In this document: piece by piece, positions 8,051-16,440 of the stretch
How positions within the stretch are numbered: position 1 is the stretch's first letter
Layout: every line of letters starts with the position of its first letter
IMG/VR virus record: IMGVR_UViG_3300044497_000111
Span: 1 to 58,408 of that record
Origin: a virus
Length of the DNA: 58,408 nt
Strand: one strand, 5' to 3'
Notes under the pieces: model-generated
The model's database searches: none
What the model was told of the DNA's origin: nothing
What the model saw: only the letters and a program-made list of their open reading frames with translations
Program-made: the position numbers and the translations under genes

Positions 8051-9030
8051 GGCGTGACCCTCATGCCGCCGGTGTAGTCCTTGCCGTCGCGGCCGTCGAG
8101 ACCCTTGTCGCCCTTCTCCCCCGCCTTGCCGTCGCGCCCCGCCTTGACGGCCAGCCGCCATGCCCGTGCCGCTTCGCCCGGTCGACCGGGCACCGAGCTG
8201 GTGGGCTCTTGGCAAATCCACATGCTGCCGCCGTAGCTGACCGTGTCGCCCTTTTCGTACGCTCGCTGCTGGGTGTAGACACCACGATCCAAGAGCAGCC
8301 CTTCGAAGTAGAAGACGCCGCCTTCGATGGGCGTGCCGTCTTTCCAGCAGACGGTGATCGTGCGTTCGCCGTCGTGGGCGAATTTGATCTGGCCGACGAC
8401 GGCATCCCGCCCGTTGATGCCGTTCGTGCCATCGAGACCCTTCTCGCCCTTGTCGCCCTGTGGCCCCGGCACGCCGGGCAAGCCGTCGCGACCATGCAGG
8501 CCGTCGAGACCCTTCTCGCCGCGCTCACCGGGATCGCCCTTCGCCCCTGTCGCGCCGACCGAGCCGTCCGCGCCGCGCTCCCCCTGGGGACCGGGGGTGC
8601 CGTCGATGCCGTCTCGCCCTGGGGCGCCGACCTGGCCGGGCTCCCCTGGCGGCCCCTGGGCGCCGACCTGGCCGGGTGCCCCTGGCTCACCGGGGTCGCC
8701 CCTGGCGCCGTCCATGCCGCGCTCGCCGGCCGGGCCGGGTTCGCCCCTGGCGCCGATTTCGCCGGGTTCCCCTGGCGGGCCTGGTGCCCCTGGCAATCCG
8801 GGGGCGCCGTCGAGACCCTTCTCGCCAGTCGGACCGGGGGGGCCGTCACGACCGGGTGTCCCTTCGGGACCGGTGACCGCTTTCGTCGCCACGAACAGGT
8901 CAACCCGCTCGACCACGGCGGCCATCTCGACGCGGACGTCCCGCCGGACTTCGTCGATTCGCACGGCCACATAACGCTTGATGAGCGCGGTGATGCCATC
9001 GACTAAACGATTTAGGGTCGCAGTCTTCAT
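8047..9030 (-). CDS. Collagen-like (Gly-X-Y) repeat protein with globular C-terminal domain
   Basis: About 55 uninterrupted G-X-Y triplets (GPEGTPGRDGPPGPTGEKG...). C-terminal ...YEKGDTVSYGGSMWICQEPT resembles a CBM5/12-type sugar-binding motif. ATG 9030 overlaps the upstream stop (ATGA). Confidence 0.8.
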   Translation of the reverse strand: MKTATLNRLVDGITALIKRYVAVRIDEVRRDVRVEMAAVVERVDLFVATKAVTGPEGTPGRDGPPGPTGEKGLDGAPGLPGAPGPPGEPGEIGARGEPGPAGERGMDGARGDPGEPGAPGQVGAQGPPGEPGQVGAPGRDGIDGTPGPQGERGADGSVGATGAKGDPGERGEKGLDGLHGRDGLPGVPGPQGDKGEKGLDGTNGINGRDAVVGQIKFAHDGERTITVCWKDGTPIEGGVFYFEGLLLDRGVYTQQRAYEKGDTVSYGGSMWICQEPTSSVPGRPGEAARAWRLAVKAGRDGKAGEKGDKGLDGRDGKDYTGGMRVTP

Positions 9031-9239
9031 CGCGTCTCCGGGGGGACGATCTCGAGAATCGCGTGAACCACCGCGCAGCACGGAATCTTTGCCGCACGTT
9101 TCACGATGCACATCGCGCACAAGAGCCCGTGTTCATCGGGGTGAATCGTCAACCATTGCGAACGCGGCAAGATCACGTCGAGCGGGAAATCGCCATATGG
9201 CAGGCCGCAATCGAGACACGCGGCAGGCGGCGGCGTCAT
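9027..9239 (-). CDS. Small Cys-rich protein (possible Zn-binding)
   Basis: 70 aa with CLDCG...CAMC...CC. ATGA overlaps at both ends (portal stop and collagen-like start). Confidence 0.5.
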   Translation of the reverse strand: MTPPPAACLDCGLPYGDFPLDVILPRSQWLTIHPDEHGLLCAMCIVKRAAKIPCCAVVHAILEIVPPETR

Positions 9240-10714
9240 AGGGACGCCTCCTGTAGTAGCTCAAGCGACACTTCCATACGGTCGAGGGCGGCGCCCACGC
9301 CATCCTCGTCGTCCTCGTCGTCGTCGTGGTCGTCCTCGTCGTCGGCTTTCGTGACGGCGGTGGGCGGCACGGGCTTCGTCCCGCTCGCGAAGGGATCGGC
9401 TTGTTGGTCGCGCTTGTTCAGGGCTTCGAGGCTAAAGTTTTGCTGCTGCAGGAAACAGGCATCGCCGCCCGGTACCGGCGGCTTGCTGAAGAGCTCGCGG
9501 CCTTCGTTCGGCGTGAAGATGGCGCCGAGGACGCCCTTGGTCGCCAAGTCCATCTGCGTGAGCGAGTCCATGCGCAGCAGCGCATTGAGGTCGAGCTCGA
9601 CGCCCAATTCCCGGTCGGCCGTGTGCGGCAATTCCAAGCCTTCGTCGAGGCATATCTCAAGACTCTCGATCAATTGCTGCAGGGCTTGGTTGTAGTACTC
9701 GATGTTGGCGGCCTGCACGTTGCCGTACGGCGGCATCGGCGCGAGCCCGATCTTCCACGGTGGCACGTGATAGCAGGCGCAGGTAATCTCGCCCGTCCAC
9801 TTCAATTGCTCAATCAATTGCGCGTCGTGCGCCGAGATCGTCATCGGCTCGTAGTGCAAGCCGTCGCCGAGCACGGCCACCCGGCCCGCATTCACGCCGG
9901 TGTAATTGCCTTCCCAGTCCTCTTCGACCCGTTTCGCCGTGGCATCGCTAATCAGGCCCGGCGCCGTCAGGATGCCGCCCGGCTGCGACCGGTTCGCGAA
10001 GAATTGCTCGCTGTTCTCCTGAATTTTCAGCCCTTGCAGCGCCGCCATGCCGCAGGCGTGAATCGGCGAGACCCCGACCAACGGGTGATAGAGCGGCACC
10101 ATCAGGTCGTGAATGATTTCGCTCGCGGGCACGGTGACCGACCCCGCCATGCCGGTGAGGTTGTCTTTCGTGAGCTTGTAATAGACGGCGCCGTCGGGCG
10201 CCACGAGCGGTTCCACGCGACTCGCGTCGAGGATGTACATCGCGATGACGATGCCGCGAGCGTCCCGCTGTTTGAGCACGTAGGTATTGCCACGGGTCAG
10301 CTTCGACAGAATCCAGCACTCGATGAATTTCAGGCGCGTCTGATAGCGGTTCGGCTTGCGCAGGACCGGCTTGAACGGCGAGTCGCCCGCAAGGTCAATC
10401 CAGATGCCGTTTTTTTTCTCGAGCAGCCCCAGCCACAATTTCGAAATGTCCGAACTAATCAGCGTGATGCACGCCCACGCGGGCGGAAACGTCAACGTGT
10501 CCTGCACGCTGGTTTCCTGATTGCGCTGCCAGGCGCCCGGTGACGGCTCGCGCACAATCGGCCACCAGCCGCCGGTGATACCGCCGTTGCGACTCGAGAC
10601 CGATTGCCCCGTGACGACGACGGGCGCCCGCTTCTGGACCGGCGCCAATCGGTGCAGATATTGGGGGCCGTCCGAGTCCGGCGTGTGGGTCACGTCGAAG
10701 CCGAGAATCTTCAT
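9236..10714 (-). CDS. Portal protein (HK97 family)
   Basis: 492 aa. Conserved portal core (...NRYQT...YVLKQRDARG...QFFANRSQPGGILT...AVLGDGLHYEPM...) and an acidic C-terminal tail. Confidence 0.85.
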   Translation of the reverse strand: MKILGFDVTHTPDSDGPQYLHRLAPVQKRAPVVVTGQSVSSRNGGITGGWWPIVREPSPGAWQRNQETSVQDTLTFPPAWACITLISSDISKLWLGLLEKKNGIWIDLAGDSPFKPVLRKPNRYQTRLKFIECWILSKLTRGNTYVLKQRDARGIVIAMYILDASRVEPLVAPDGAVYYKLTKDNLTGMAGSVTVPASEIIHDLMVPLYHPLVGVSPIHACGMAALQGLKIQENSEQFFANRSQPGGILTAPGLISDATAKRVEEDWEGNYTGVNAGRVAVLGDGLHYEPMTISAHDAQLIEQLKWTGEITCACYHVPPWKIGLAPMPPYGNVQAANIEYYNQALQQLIESLEICLDEGLELPHTADRELGVELDLNALLRMDSLTQMDLATKGVLGAIFTPNEGRELFSKPPVPGGDACFLQQQNFSLEALNKRDQQADPFASGTKPVPPTAVTKADDEDDHDDDEDDEDGVGAALDRMEVSLELLQEASL

Positions 10715-10896
10715 GGCTCGGCCCGGAGATCGCGGCGCCGATACTGGTGCGGGTCGCGGTCGTCGTCTTCGTACGTGGCGACGTGCCGCGAGACGAGCGT
10801 GGCGGCTTGCGCGGGCGTCACCGAGACGAGCTCGCCCACCGCAACCACGTGGCCGCGCATCGTGAAAGGCTTCGTGGCGATGATGACGACCTGCAT
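10711..10896 (-). CDS. Hypothetical protein
   Basis: 61-aa ORF between the capsid and portal genes. Its stop overlaps the portal ATG (ATGA). Confidence 0.45.
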   Translation of the reverse strand: MQVVIIATKPFTMRGHVVAVGELVSVTPAQAATLVSRHVATYEDDDRDPHQYRRRDLRAEP

Positions 10897-10946
10897 GGTG
10901 GAAAGCGGCAGCGACCCGAATACGGTCCGAGTCGCTGCCGGGGGAA

Positions 10947-12989
10947 TTACGCCGCCGGTCGCTCAGTCACCGGCCGACGCGGACGCTCGGGCGTCGTGTT
11001 CGGACCCGCCGACAACGGCGCCGAGGTGTAGCCGACCGCATCGAGCCACGCCACGGCTTGTGGCCGCATCCGTGCCCAATTGATGAACCGCTCGGCCCGC
11101 AGCGCGATGCTGTTGGTCTGGAACATCGAGACGACGGTCGTCGGTGTCGCCGCCGGGGAACTCGCCATCGTCGGCGCGTCGTCCATTTGCAACGACGCTT
11201 CGCGGCTGACGTCGACGGTCACTTGCCCGTCATCGGACAGGAAGATTTCCTTCGCGTTCGCGAGAATGACAATCGCCGAATCAGCCGTGCCCACCGTCGC
11301 CGCATACTGCGACGTGACGACCGGAATGCCGAGCAACGTGCCGCCCATCATGGTGACGTCGGGGAATTCACGGACGCCGGTCGTGCCGTTCTTGATGAGC
11401 GAGAGGCGCATCGCCACGGTCGACGGCATAATCCAGACGGCGGTCTCGATGCTCTGATTCGACGCGAGGAACGCATCGACCAAGGCGCCGAGGTCCGCCA
11501 GCGGGTCGGTCGTCGCCGGAATGCCCGCGACTCCGTTGGTGATCGACGCGGGCGAGACCCCAGCCACGGCGGCTTTCGCCGGGTCGATGAAGTCGATGTC
11601 GATGCGCTCGATGAGCGCGGCGGCCAATTGGTCGCGCACCATCTGTTCGGCGCTCGGACTCGAGAACCGGGCGAGCTCTTCGGTGAGCACCGAAATCGCC
11701 GCGACCTTCGCCCAGGTCAACGTCGTCGGCGCCACGCCGAACCGCGTGAGCGGTTTCGCCGCGCCCTGTCCGACCCAGTACCCGGCCCCGCCGCTCGTCT
11801 GGCCGATGACGCGCACGTTGAAGGGCACCATCGTCAGGCCCGGAATGTTGCCGATGATCGTCTTCGGCCGCAGCCACTCGATGAATTCCGTGGCGAGATT
11901 CGCCGGGTCCACGAGCGCCCCCATGTAAGTCGCGTCGGACGTGTTCGACGCGGCGACGGCGGCTTTCAGGTACTGCTGCACGCGAGCGTCGTGCGGGTAG
12001 CGTTCGGTCGCAATCTCGGCCGCGTTCCGGTACTGCTTGAACGCCTGCATCTTGCACATCACCGCACGGGCGAAGCCGATACCGGGCTTCGTGTTGTCGC
12101 GGACGGTGATGATGCCGGTCCCACTGCGTGCGGCGGCGGCGGCGTCAGGCGTGGCGCCCGCGACCGGCAGCGCCTTGGTCACGTTGATCTTTTCGAGTTC
12201 TTTCAGGTCGACCAATTCGGCGTCGATCCTTGTGATCTCGGCGCGGAGTTCGTCGAATTCGGTTTTCTCGGCGTCGTCCTTCGTGCGGCCGTCGTCGAGC
12301 GCCTTCGTTTGAATTTCATCCAGCCGTGCCGCCTTCGCCGCTCGCGTCGACTCGAGATCCTTGATCTGTTCGCCGTAGGTTTTCTTCATGGGTCGTCCCT
12401 GTCGCGGCAGGAGCTTCACGCCGCGCACAGTGTCCGAAACGCCGGACGGGATGGAAGGGGCGACCGGTGCCTCAGTGCCAAGCGCGGCAAGGTCCGTGTC
12501 GAAGTCGCGGAGAGCTTTCATCGTGAGAATCGCGGCGGCGGTATTCGCGGGAATCGTGACGGCGCTCAATTCAATCCACAGCCACTTCACGAATTTGAAG
12601 CCGCTGATCATGCCGTCTTTGTCTTCGATGAGGTCGACCTTCAGCCCCCGGAAGCCAATCGACAGGCCGCGCACGAGCCCGGCCTTGATCGTGTGCCATG
12701 CCTCGTCGAGTCGATCCTTCAGGCGGCCAGGTTCCGCAAACCGGCTGATGCGGGCCTGAATTTCGATTCCGGCTTTCGTGTGCTTGGCGGCGAAGACTTC
12801 GCCTATCGGCTGCTTGCTGTCGTGTTGCCACAACAGCGGAATCGGTAATTGGAATTCGGCGCCGGTCGGATCGACGATGTCACCCGCCCGGTCGGTCTCG
12901 GCGTTCGTGGCGATGCCGGTGATGATGCGCTGCTCGTCGTCGAACGACTTGAACGTCAGCAGGCTGTAGATCCGGCGGTCGTCGTGCAT
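10947..12989 (-). CDS. Prohead protease (HK97 S78/U35-type) fused to major capsid protein (HK97 fold)
   Basis: The N-terminal ~165 aa (ITGIATNAETDRAGDIVDP...LLWQHDSKQPIG...LSIGF...ELSAVTIPAN) match the prohead protease. A coiled-coil linker follows (KTYGEQIKDLE...DLKELEK). The C-terminal ~380 aa have the HK97 MCP pattern (...TLTWAKVAAISVLTEELARFS...). Confidence 0.85.
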   Translation of the reverse strand: MHDDRRIYSLLTFKSFDDEQRIITGIATNAETDRAGDIVDPTGAEFQLPIPLLWQHDSKQPIGEVFAAKHTKAGIEIQARISRFAEPGRLKDRLDEAWHTIKAGLVRGLSIGFRGLKVDLIEDKDGMISGFKFVKWLWIELSAVTIPANTAAAILTMKALRDFDTDLAALGTEAPVAPSIPSGVSDTVRGVKLLPRQGRPMKKTYGEQIKDLESTRAAKAARLDEIQTKALDDGRTKDDAEKTEFDELRAEITRIDAELVDLKELEKINVTKALPVAGATPDAAAAARSGTGIITVRDNTKPGIGFARAVMCKMQAFKQYRNAAEIATERYPHDARVQQYLKAAVAASNTSDATYMGALVDPANLATEFIEWLRPKTIIGNIPGLTMVPFNVRVIGQTSGGAGYWVGQGAAKPLTRFGVAPTTLTWAKVAAISVLTEELARFSSPSAEQMVRDQLAAALIERIDIDFIDPAKAAVAGVSPASITNGVAGIPATTDPLADLGALVDAFLASNQSIETAVWIMPSTVAMRLSLIKNGTTGVREFPDVTMMGGTLLGIPVVTSQYAATVGTADSAIVILANAKEIFLSDDGQVTVDVSREASLQMDDAPTMASSPAATPTTVVSMFQTNSIALRAERFINWARMRPQAVAWLDAVGYTSAPLSAGPNTTPERPRRPVTERPAA

Positions 12990-13039
12990 GTCGGCGACGA
13001 GTGTGCCGACCTTCCGGCGAGTCGCCTATTTTTCAGTAC

Positions 13040-13200
13040 AAAATTCGCCGCGAAGCAACGAAGCAAAATGGAAGCAAACGCGAAGCAAATTGCTTCTGTT
13101 TTGCTTTGAAGCAAACGAAGCAAAACGGAAGCAAACATGAAGCAACCTGTACGAAGCAAAACGGAAGCCCCGTACCCAGTACGTACTTTGCTTCGACGTA
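13040..13200. repeat. Iteron-like array of GAAGCAA heptamers (9 direct, 3 inverted) with two central palindromes
   Basis: Direct copies start at 13052, 13060, 13071, 13082, 13108, 13117, 13128, 13139 and 13153. Inverted copies lie at 13090-96, 13101-07 and 13188-94. A 23-nt unit ACGAAGCAAAAYGGAAGC... occurs at 13058-80, 13115-37 and 13151-73. The local sequence is visibly AT-richer than its flanks. Confidence 0.85.
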
Positions 13201-13240
13201 CGTACGTCTTCTTAGTCCCCGATCTTCGTACTAGTACCGT

Positions 13241-13266
13241 TATTAAAAGCAGTGCCTTCGGCACTT
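13241..13266 (-). terminator. Possible intrinsic terminator after the terminase/RHH unit
   Basis: Minus strand reads AGTGCC-gaa-GGCACT followed by GCTTTTAATAA, about 40 nt after the RHH stop. The stem is short (5-6 bp). Confidence 0.35.
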
Positions 13267-13305
13267 TAGCGCCGAAAAACGGAAGAATGCAGGACGGAGA
13301 GGCCG

Positions 13306-13515
13306 TTACTTCAGCCGACCGGTGAGCACGTCGCGCAGGGTTCCGGCAAGGGTCGTTCGCCGAGTCTTCGCCATCTGAATCAGGCGGTCGTAGTCGGTGA
13401 TCGGCAGCCGCGTGTTGACCGCCACGGTCTCTTCCACGCTGACGCGAGGACGTCCCCGACGGCGTCGGTCGGGCACGAAGAGCAGCGGCGTCGTCTCGTT
13501 GTCCTGGTCGCTCAT
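13306..13515 (-). CDS. Ribbon-helix-helix (CopG/Arc-like) DNA-binding protein
   Basis: 69 aa. ...RGRPRVSVEETVAVNTRLPITDYDRLIQMAKTRRTTLAGTLRDVL fits a strand-helix-helix layout. ATG 13515 overlaps the terL stop (ATGA). Confidence 0.5.
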   Translation of the reverse strand: MSDQDNETTPLLFVPDRRRRGRPRVSVEETVAVNTRLPITDYDRLIQMAKTRRTTLAGTLRDVLTGRLK

Positions 13516-15302
13516 CGGCGTCCCCCCAGAATCAGCACTTGGTATTTGGGCGCGGCTGCGGGCTGCACGCCGAGCACCTTCGCGGCCATGAGCATCGCCA
13601 CGGCGCCGTCGATGCGTTTCGCGGCATTCCGGGGCTTGACGGGTCGGATGCGTCCGGCATCGTCGGTCTTCACCGAGACGTTTTCCCAATTCCATCGGAG
13701 CAGCCGGTGCCCGTCGTGTTGGACGCGCCCGCCCTTAATCAACGCCTCGACGATCTGCGCCGGTTCGGAGAGCATCTTGTAGTTCTGCAGCACTTCGAGA
13801 ATCTGCACGCCGCCGACGTCGCGCAATTTCGTGGCGATGTCGGTCGCAAACGCCGGGTCGTAGCCGATCAACCCCTGTTTCAGCCTCGGGTAGCGCGGCA
13901 GGATCTTCGTCGTGATGTCGGTGTAAATGTGCGTGTAGTCGATGACGTCGCCGTCGGTCGGCGTCACTAAGCCTTGATCGACCCACGTCGAATAGGGCAC
14001 GCCGTCCTGATGTTCGTGCTGCCGCATTGTGTTTTCGGGAATCCAGAAGTACGGCCGGCAAATGAGTTCGTAATTGAGTGCGATCTGCTTCGTGACGATG
14101 TCGCCGGTCGCTTCTTCCGTTTTCACGTCGACCGTGACCGGCGCGGCCAGGTAACGGCGGAATACCACATGGAAGCACGCCAAGTCCCACTTCTGCGCCA
14201 AGTCGAGCCCGGCGCCGCACTCGAGACCGACGAGCTCGGCGTCGTCGAGCGTGGCCTGACAGGCGTCCCACCATTCGATGGGAATCCACGCCGTGGCTTG
14301 GTTCGTCCAGCGGTTCAGGTGATAGCGCAGGAAGTCGTTGCGTTTCCGGGGTTCGCTCTGCGCTTCCCGGCACTCTTCGACGACGGCCGCGTGCTGCACG
14401 GTCTTACCGTGGCCGGGATTGACTCGACGCCAGACGACCGGGTCGGCCCAATCTTCGTCGCTCTGCATTTCGAAGAGCACCGGCAAGGTCTCTTCGATGT
14501 CGGTCGCGCCGAGTAACACCCGTTTGGCGAGTTCGTACTCTTCGTAGCAGATGCCTTCGTCGTCGGTGCCTGCGTGCGTGATGATCACCATCATCGGCTG
14601 GCGGCGTTTCGCCATCGACTTGCGCAGGGCTTCAAATAGATCGCGGTTCTTCTGGGCGTGCAGCTCGTCGAGAATGATGCCGTGCGGCCGGTAGCCGTGC
14701 TTCGTCGAGGCGTCCGACGAGAGCACCATGAGCTTGGCGTACAGGTCGGGCCACGCAATCGTGTTCTTCAGAATCTCCGAGCCGTCGAACAGATCCGGCG
14801 AATTTTCCACCATGACCTTGGCGTTGTCGTGAACGATGCGGGCCTGCTCGCGGTCGGCCGCCACGGCGTAGACTTCGGCCGCCGGTTCGCCGTCGAACCG
14901 GGCCAGGTAAATGCCCATCCCGGCGCCCATCGGGGATTTGCCCCAGCCCTTCGGGCAGAACGCGAAGACCTTCCGAAATCGGCGCGTGCCGTCGCTCGTG
15001 CGGCGCCACCCAAATGCCGGTTTCACAATGAGCAACGACTGGTCGGGTCGCAGATGAAACGGCTTCCCGGCGAATTCCCCCATGTGATGCTGCAGGAAGC
15101 AGGGGAAGAAATCAGCGGCGCGGTTCGCCTTGTCGGGGTCGTAGTAATAGCGCCCGCGATGCGTTTCCCAGCGACTTCGGAGCGTCGACCATGTCGCCTT
15201 GAAATCCAGCGAGACTCCCGCCCAGCGTTCGTGCGGCGGGCGACCGGTGCCCCACCAGTGCCGACGGGTCCGCGAATGATCGCTAAGTGCGACGACGGCC
15301 AT
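13512..15302 (-). CDS. terL: Terminase large subunit (Terminase_1 / HK97-P27 type)
   Basis: ...HHMGEFAGKPFHLRPDQ...FAFCPKGWGKSPMGAGMG... (Walker A-like) plus a C-terminal nuclease region. ATG 15302 was chosen because the upstream extension to 15425 reads CPTSADVACPSTRPP, which looks non-protein-like. Confidence 0.85.
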   Translation of the reverse strand: MAVVALSDHSRTRRHWWGTGRPPHERWAGVSLDFKATWSTLRSRWETHRGRYYYDPDKANRAADFFPCFLQHHMGEFAGKPFHLRPDQSLLIVKPAFGWRRTSDGTRRFRKVFAFCPKGWGKSPMGAGMGIYLARFDGEPAAEVYAVAADREQARIVHDNAKVMVENSPDLFDGSEILKNTIAWPDLYAKLMVLSSDASTKHGYRPHGIILDELHAQKNRDLFEALRKSMAKRRQPMMVIITHAGTDDEGICYEEYELAKRVLLGATDIEETLPVLFEMQSDEDWADPVVWRRVNPGHGKTVQHAAVVEECREAQSEPRKRNDFLRYHLNRWTNQATAWIPIEWWDACQATLDDAELVGLECGAGLDLAQKWDLACFHVVFRRYLAAPVTVDVKTEEATGDIVTKQIALNYELICRPYFWIPENTMRQHEHQDGVPYSTWVDQGLVTPTDGDVIDYTHIYTDITTKILPRYPRLKQGLIGYDPAFATDIATKLRDVGGVQILEVLQNYKMLSEPAQIVEALIKGGRVQHDGHRLLRWNWENVSVKTDDAGRIRPVKPRNAAKRIDGAVAMLMAAKVLGVQPAAAPKYQVLILGGRR

Positions 15303-15501
15303 GAATCGGGCACCGGGGATCTCGCGCCACGAGACCGGTCGGGCGCAGCACGTCCAGAAATTCGGCGGCGAATTGCGCGGCGGCCGGGTCGACGGGCACG
15401 CGACGTCGGCGCTTGTCGGGCACAATCGTCACGACGAGCCGCAGACAGCGGCAGATCGGCACCTTCGGTGGGTTCGTTTTCGTCGTGCGTTTCTTCGTCA
15501 T
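15283..15501 (-). CDS. Hypothetical small basic protein
   Basis: 72 aa (MTKKRTTKTNPPK...PAAAQFAAEFLDVLRPTG...). ATGA overlap with the upstream ORF, and its 3' end overlaps the terL start. Confidence 0.45.
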   Translation of the reverse strand: MTKKRTTKTNPPKVPICRCLRLVVTIVPDKRRRRVPVDPAAAQFAAEFLDVLRPTGLVARDPRCPIHGRRRT

Positions 15502-15731
15502 ACGCGCACGACGCGTAATTGCATCCCGTCGCTCAACACGACGACCTTGTTGCGGTCGGGAAATGCGGCCTGCAAGTGTTCTTGAAGGCGTGCGGCGTAC
15601 TCGGAAGACACCACGCCGGGGCATTCCAGAACGACGACATCGTGCGGCCCGAGCTCGTCGATGGGAATGCGCAGGATCTGCGTCGACGCCGACAGGCCGA
15701 ACAATCCGGCAATCGCTTCGCGTCTATTCAT
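15498..15731 (-). CDS. Hypothetical protein with Tat-signal-like N-terminus
   Basis: AAGGAG lies 8 nt before ATG 15731. The protein starts MNRREAIAGLFGLSAS... Confidence 0.55.
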   Translation of the reverse strand: MNRREAIAGLFGLSASTQILRIPIDELGPHDVVVLECPGVVSSEYAARLQEHLQAAFPDRNKVVVLSDGMQLRVVRV

Positions 15732-15881
15732 CGTGATGCTCCTTTGGGTGGCACTGGCGGCGGCGGGAGCGGACCAGGTATCGGCGGCCAACTCATGCCG
15801 GGTGTATAGCCCTGCTGTATCGCCTTCCGCCGATACCACCACGCCCAACACCTCACAATAAAATTCATATCGCCGACTTTC

Positions 15882-16370
15882 CTATCCCGTCGAACTCTGG
15901 AAAAATTTCGCTCGTCGTTTGTCGATGGCGCCCTTCGGTGCCCGGTTCTTCACCTTCACGCGAGACCGACTCGACGGCGTCAGCCCGAGCTCGGCGTCGA
16001 CCTGTAACAGCAATTTCAGCGTCCGATTCGCCATCCCGAGCGCGGGGTTCGGCATCGGGTAGCCGTGCTTCCCTGCCGCGATGACATTCGCGTGCCGTCC
16101 ACCTTCGAGCAATTGGGATCGACGCGCCGCCCACAATTCGCAGTGCCCGATTGCCATCGCCCGGTCGGCCGCCGTGATCTGCCCGGTCCCTATCGCGGGC
16201 ACAATCGTCCGCGTCCACTCGGCCTGCGCCACCGGGTCCACCAATTCGGCGGGACAGGCTTCGTCGAGACTCTCCGGGTGCGGTTCGTCGACGTTCAAGG
16301 GGCGCCGCCCCGGATTGCCTTGCAGGATTTTCAGGACCGTCGGCTTTGGCTTGGTTCCACGCATACCCAT
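15882..16370 (-). CDS. terS: Terminase small subunit (P27 family)
   Basis: MRGTKPKPTVLKILQGNPGRRPLN...GLTPSSRSRVKV is the hallmark P27-family (Terminase_4) pattern. Confidence 0.85.
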   Translation of the reverse strand: MGMRGTKPKPTVLKILQGNPGRRPLNVDEPHPESLDEACPAELVDPVAQAEWTRTIVPAIGTGQITAADRAMAIGHCELWAARRSQLLEGGRHANVIAAGKHGYPMPNPALGMANRTLKLLLQVDAELGLTPSSRSRVKVKNRAPKGAIDKRRAKFFQSSTG

Positions 16371-16440
16371 GTTGGGTTTTCCCGTCCCCTGTCGACTCCA
16401 CCATGCACGGTCGACGCCCCGCCATGTCGTCTCGTCGTCG

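Noticed and set aside
8061-9006. Other frames across the collagen-like gene (8061..8999 -, 8209..9006 +, 8327..8974 +, 8460..8876 +)
   Set aside because: The triplet-periodic GGN-CCN DNA keeps every frame open. Only the 8047..9030 frame gives perfect G-X-Y periodicity plus a globular domain and coupled start/stop junctions.
13001-13234. 77-aa ORF with KQNGSK repeats, and the idea that the GAAGCAA array is a CRISPR array
   Set aside because: The peptide repeat is just the translation of the 7-nt DNA repeat. Units of 7-23 nt with 1-4-nt spacers are far too short and irregular for CRISPR repeats and spacers, and no cas genes are present.
13512-15425. terL starting at the track coordinate 15425
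   Set aside because: The extra 41 residues (CPTSADVACPSTRPPRNSPP...) look non-protein-like and overprint a better-looking 72-aa ORF. ATG 15302 gives a normal terminase N-terminus. The call is not certain.
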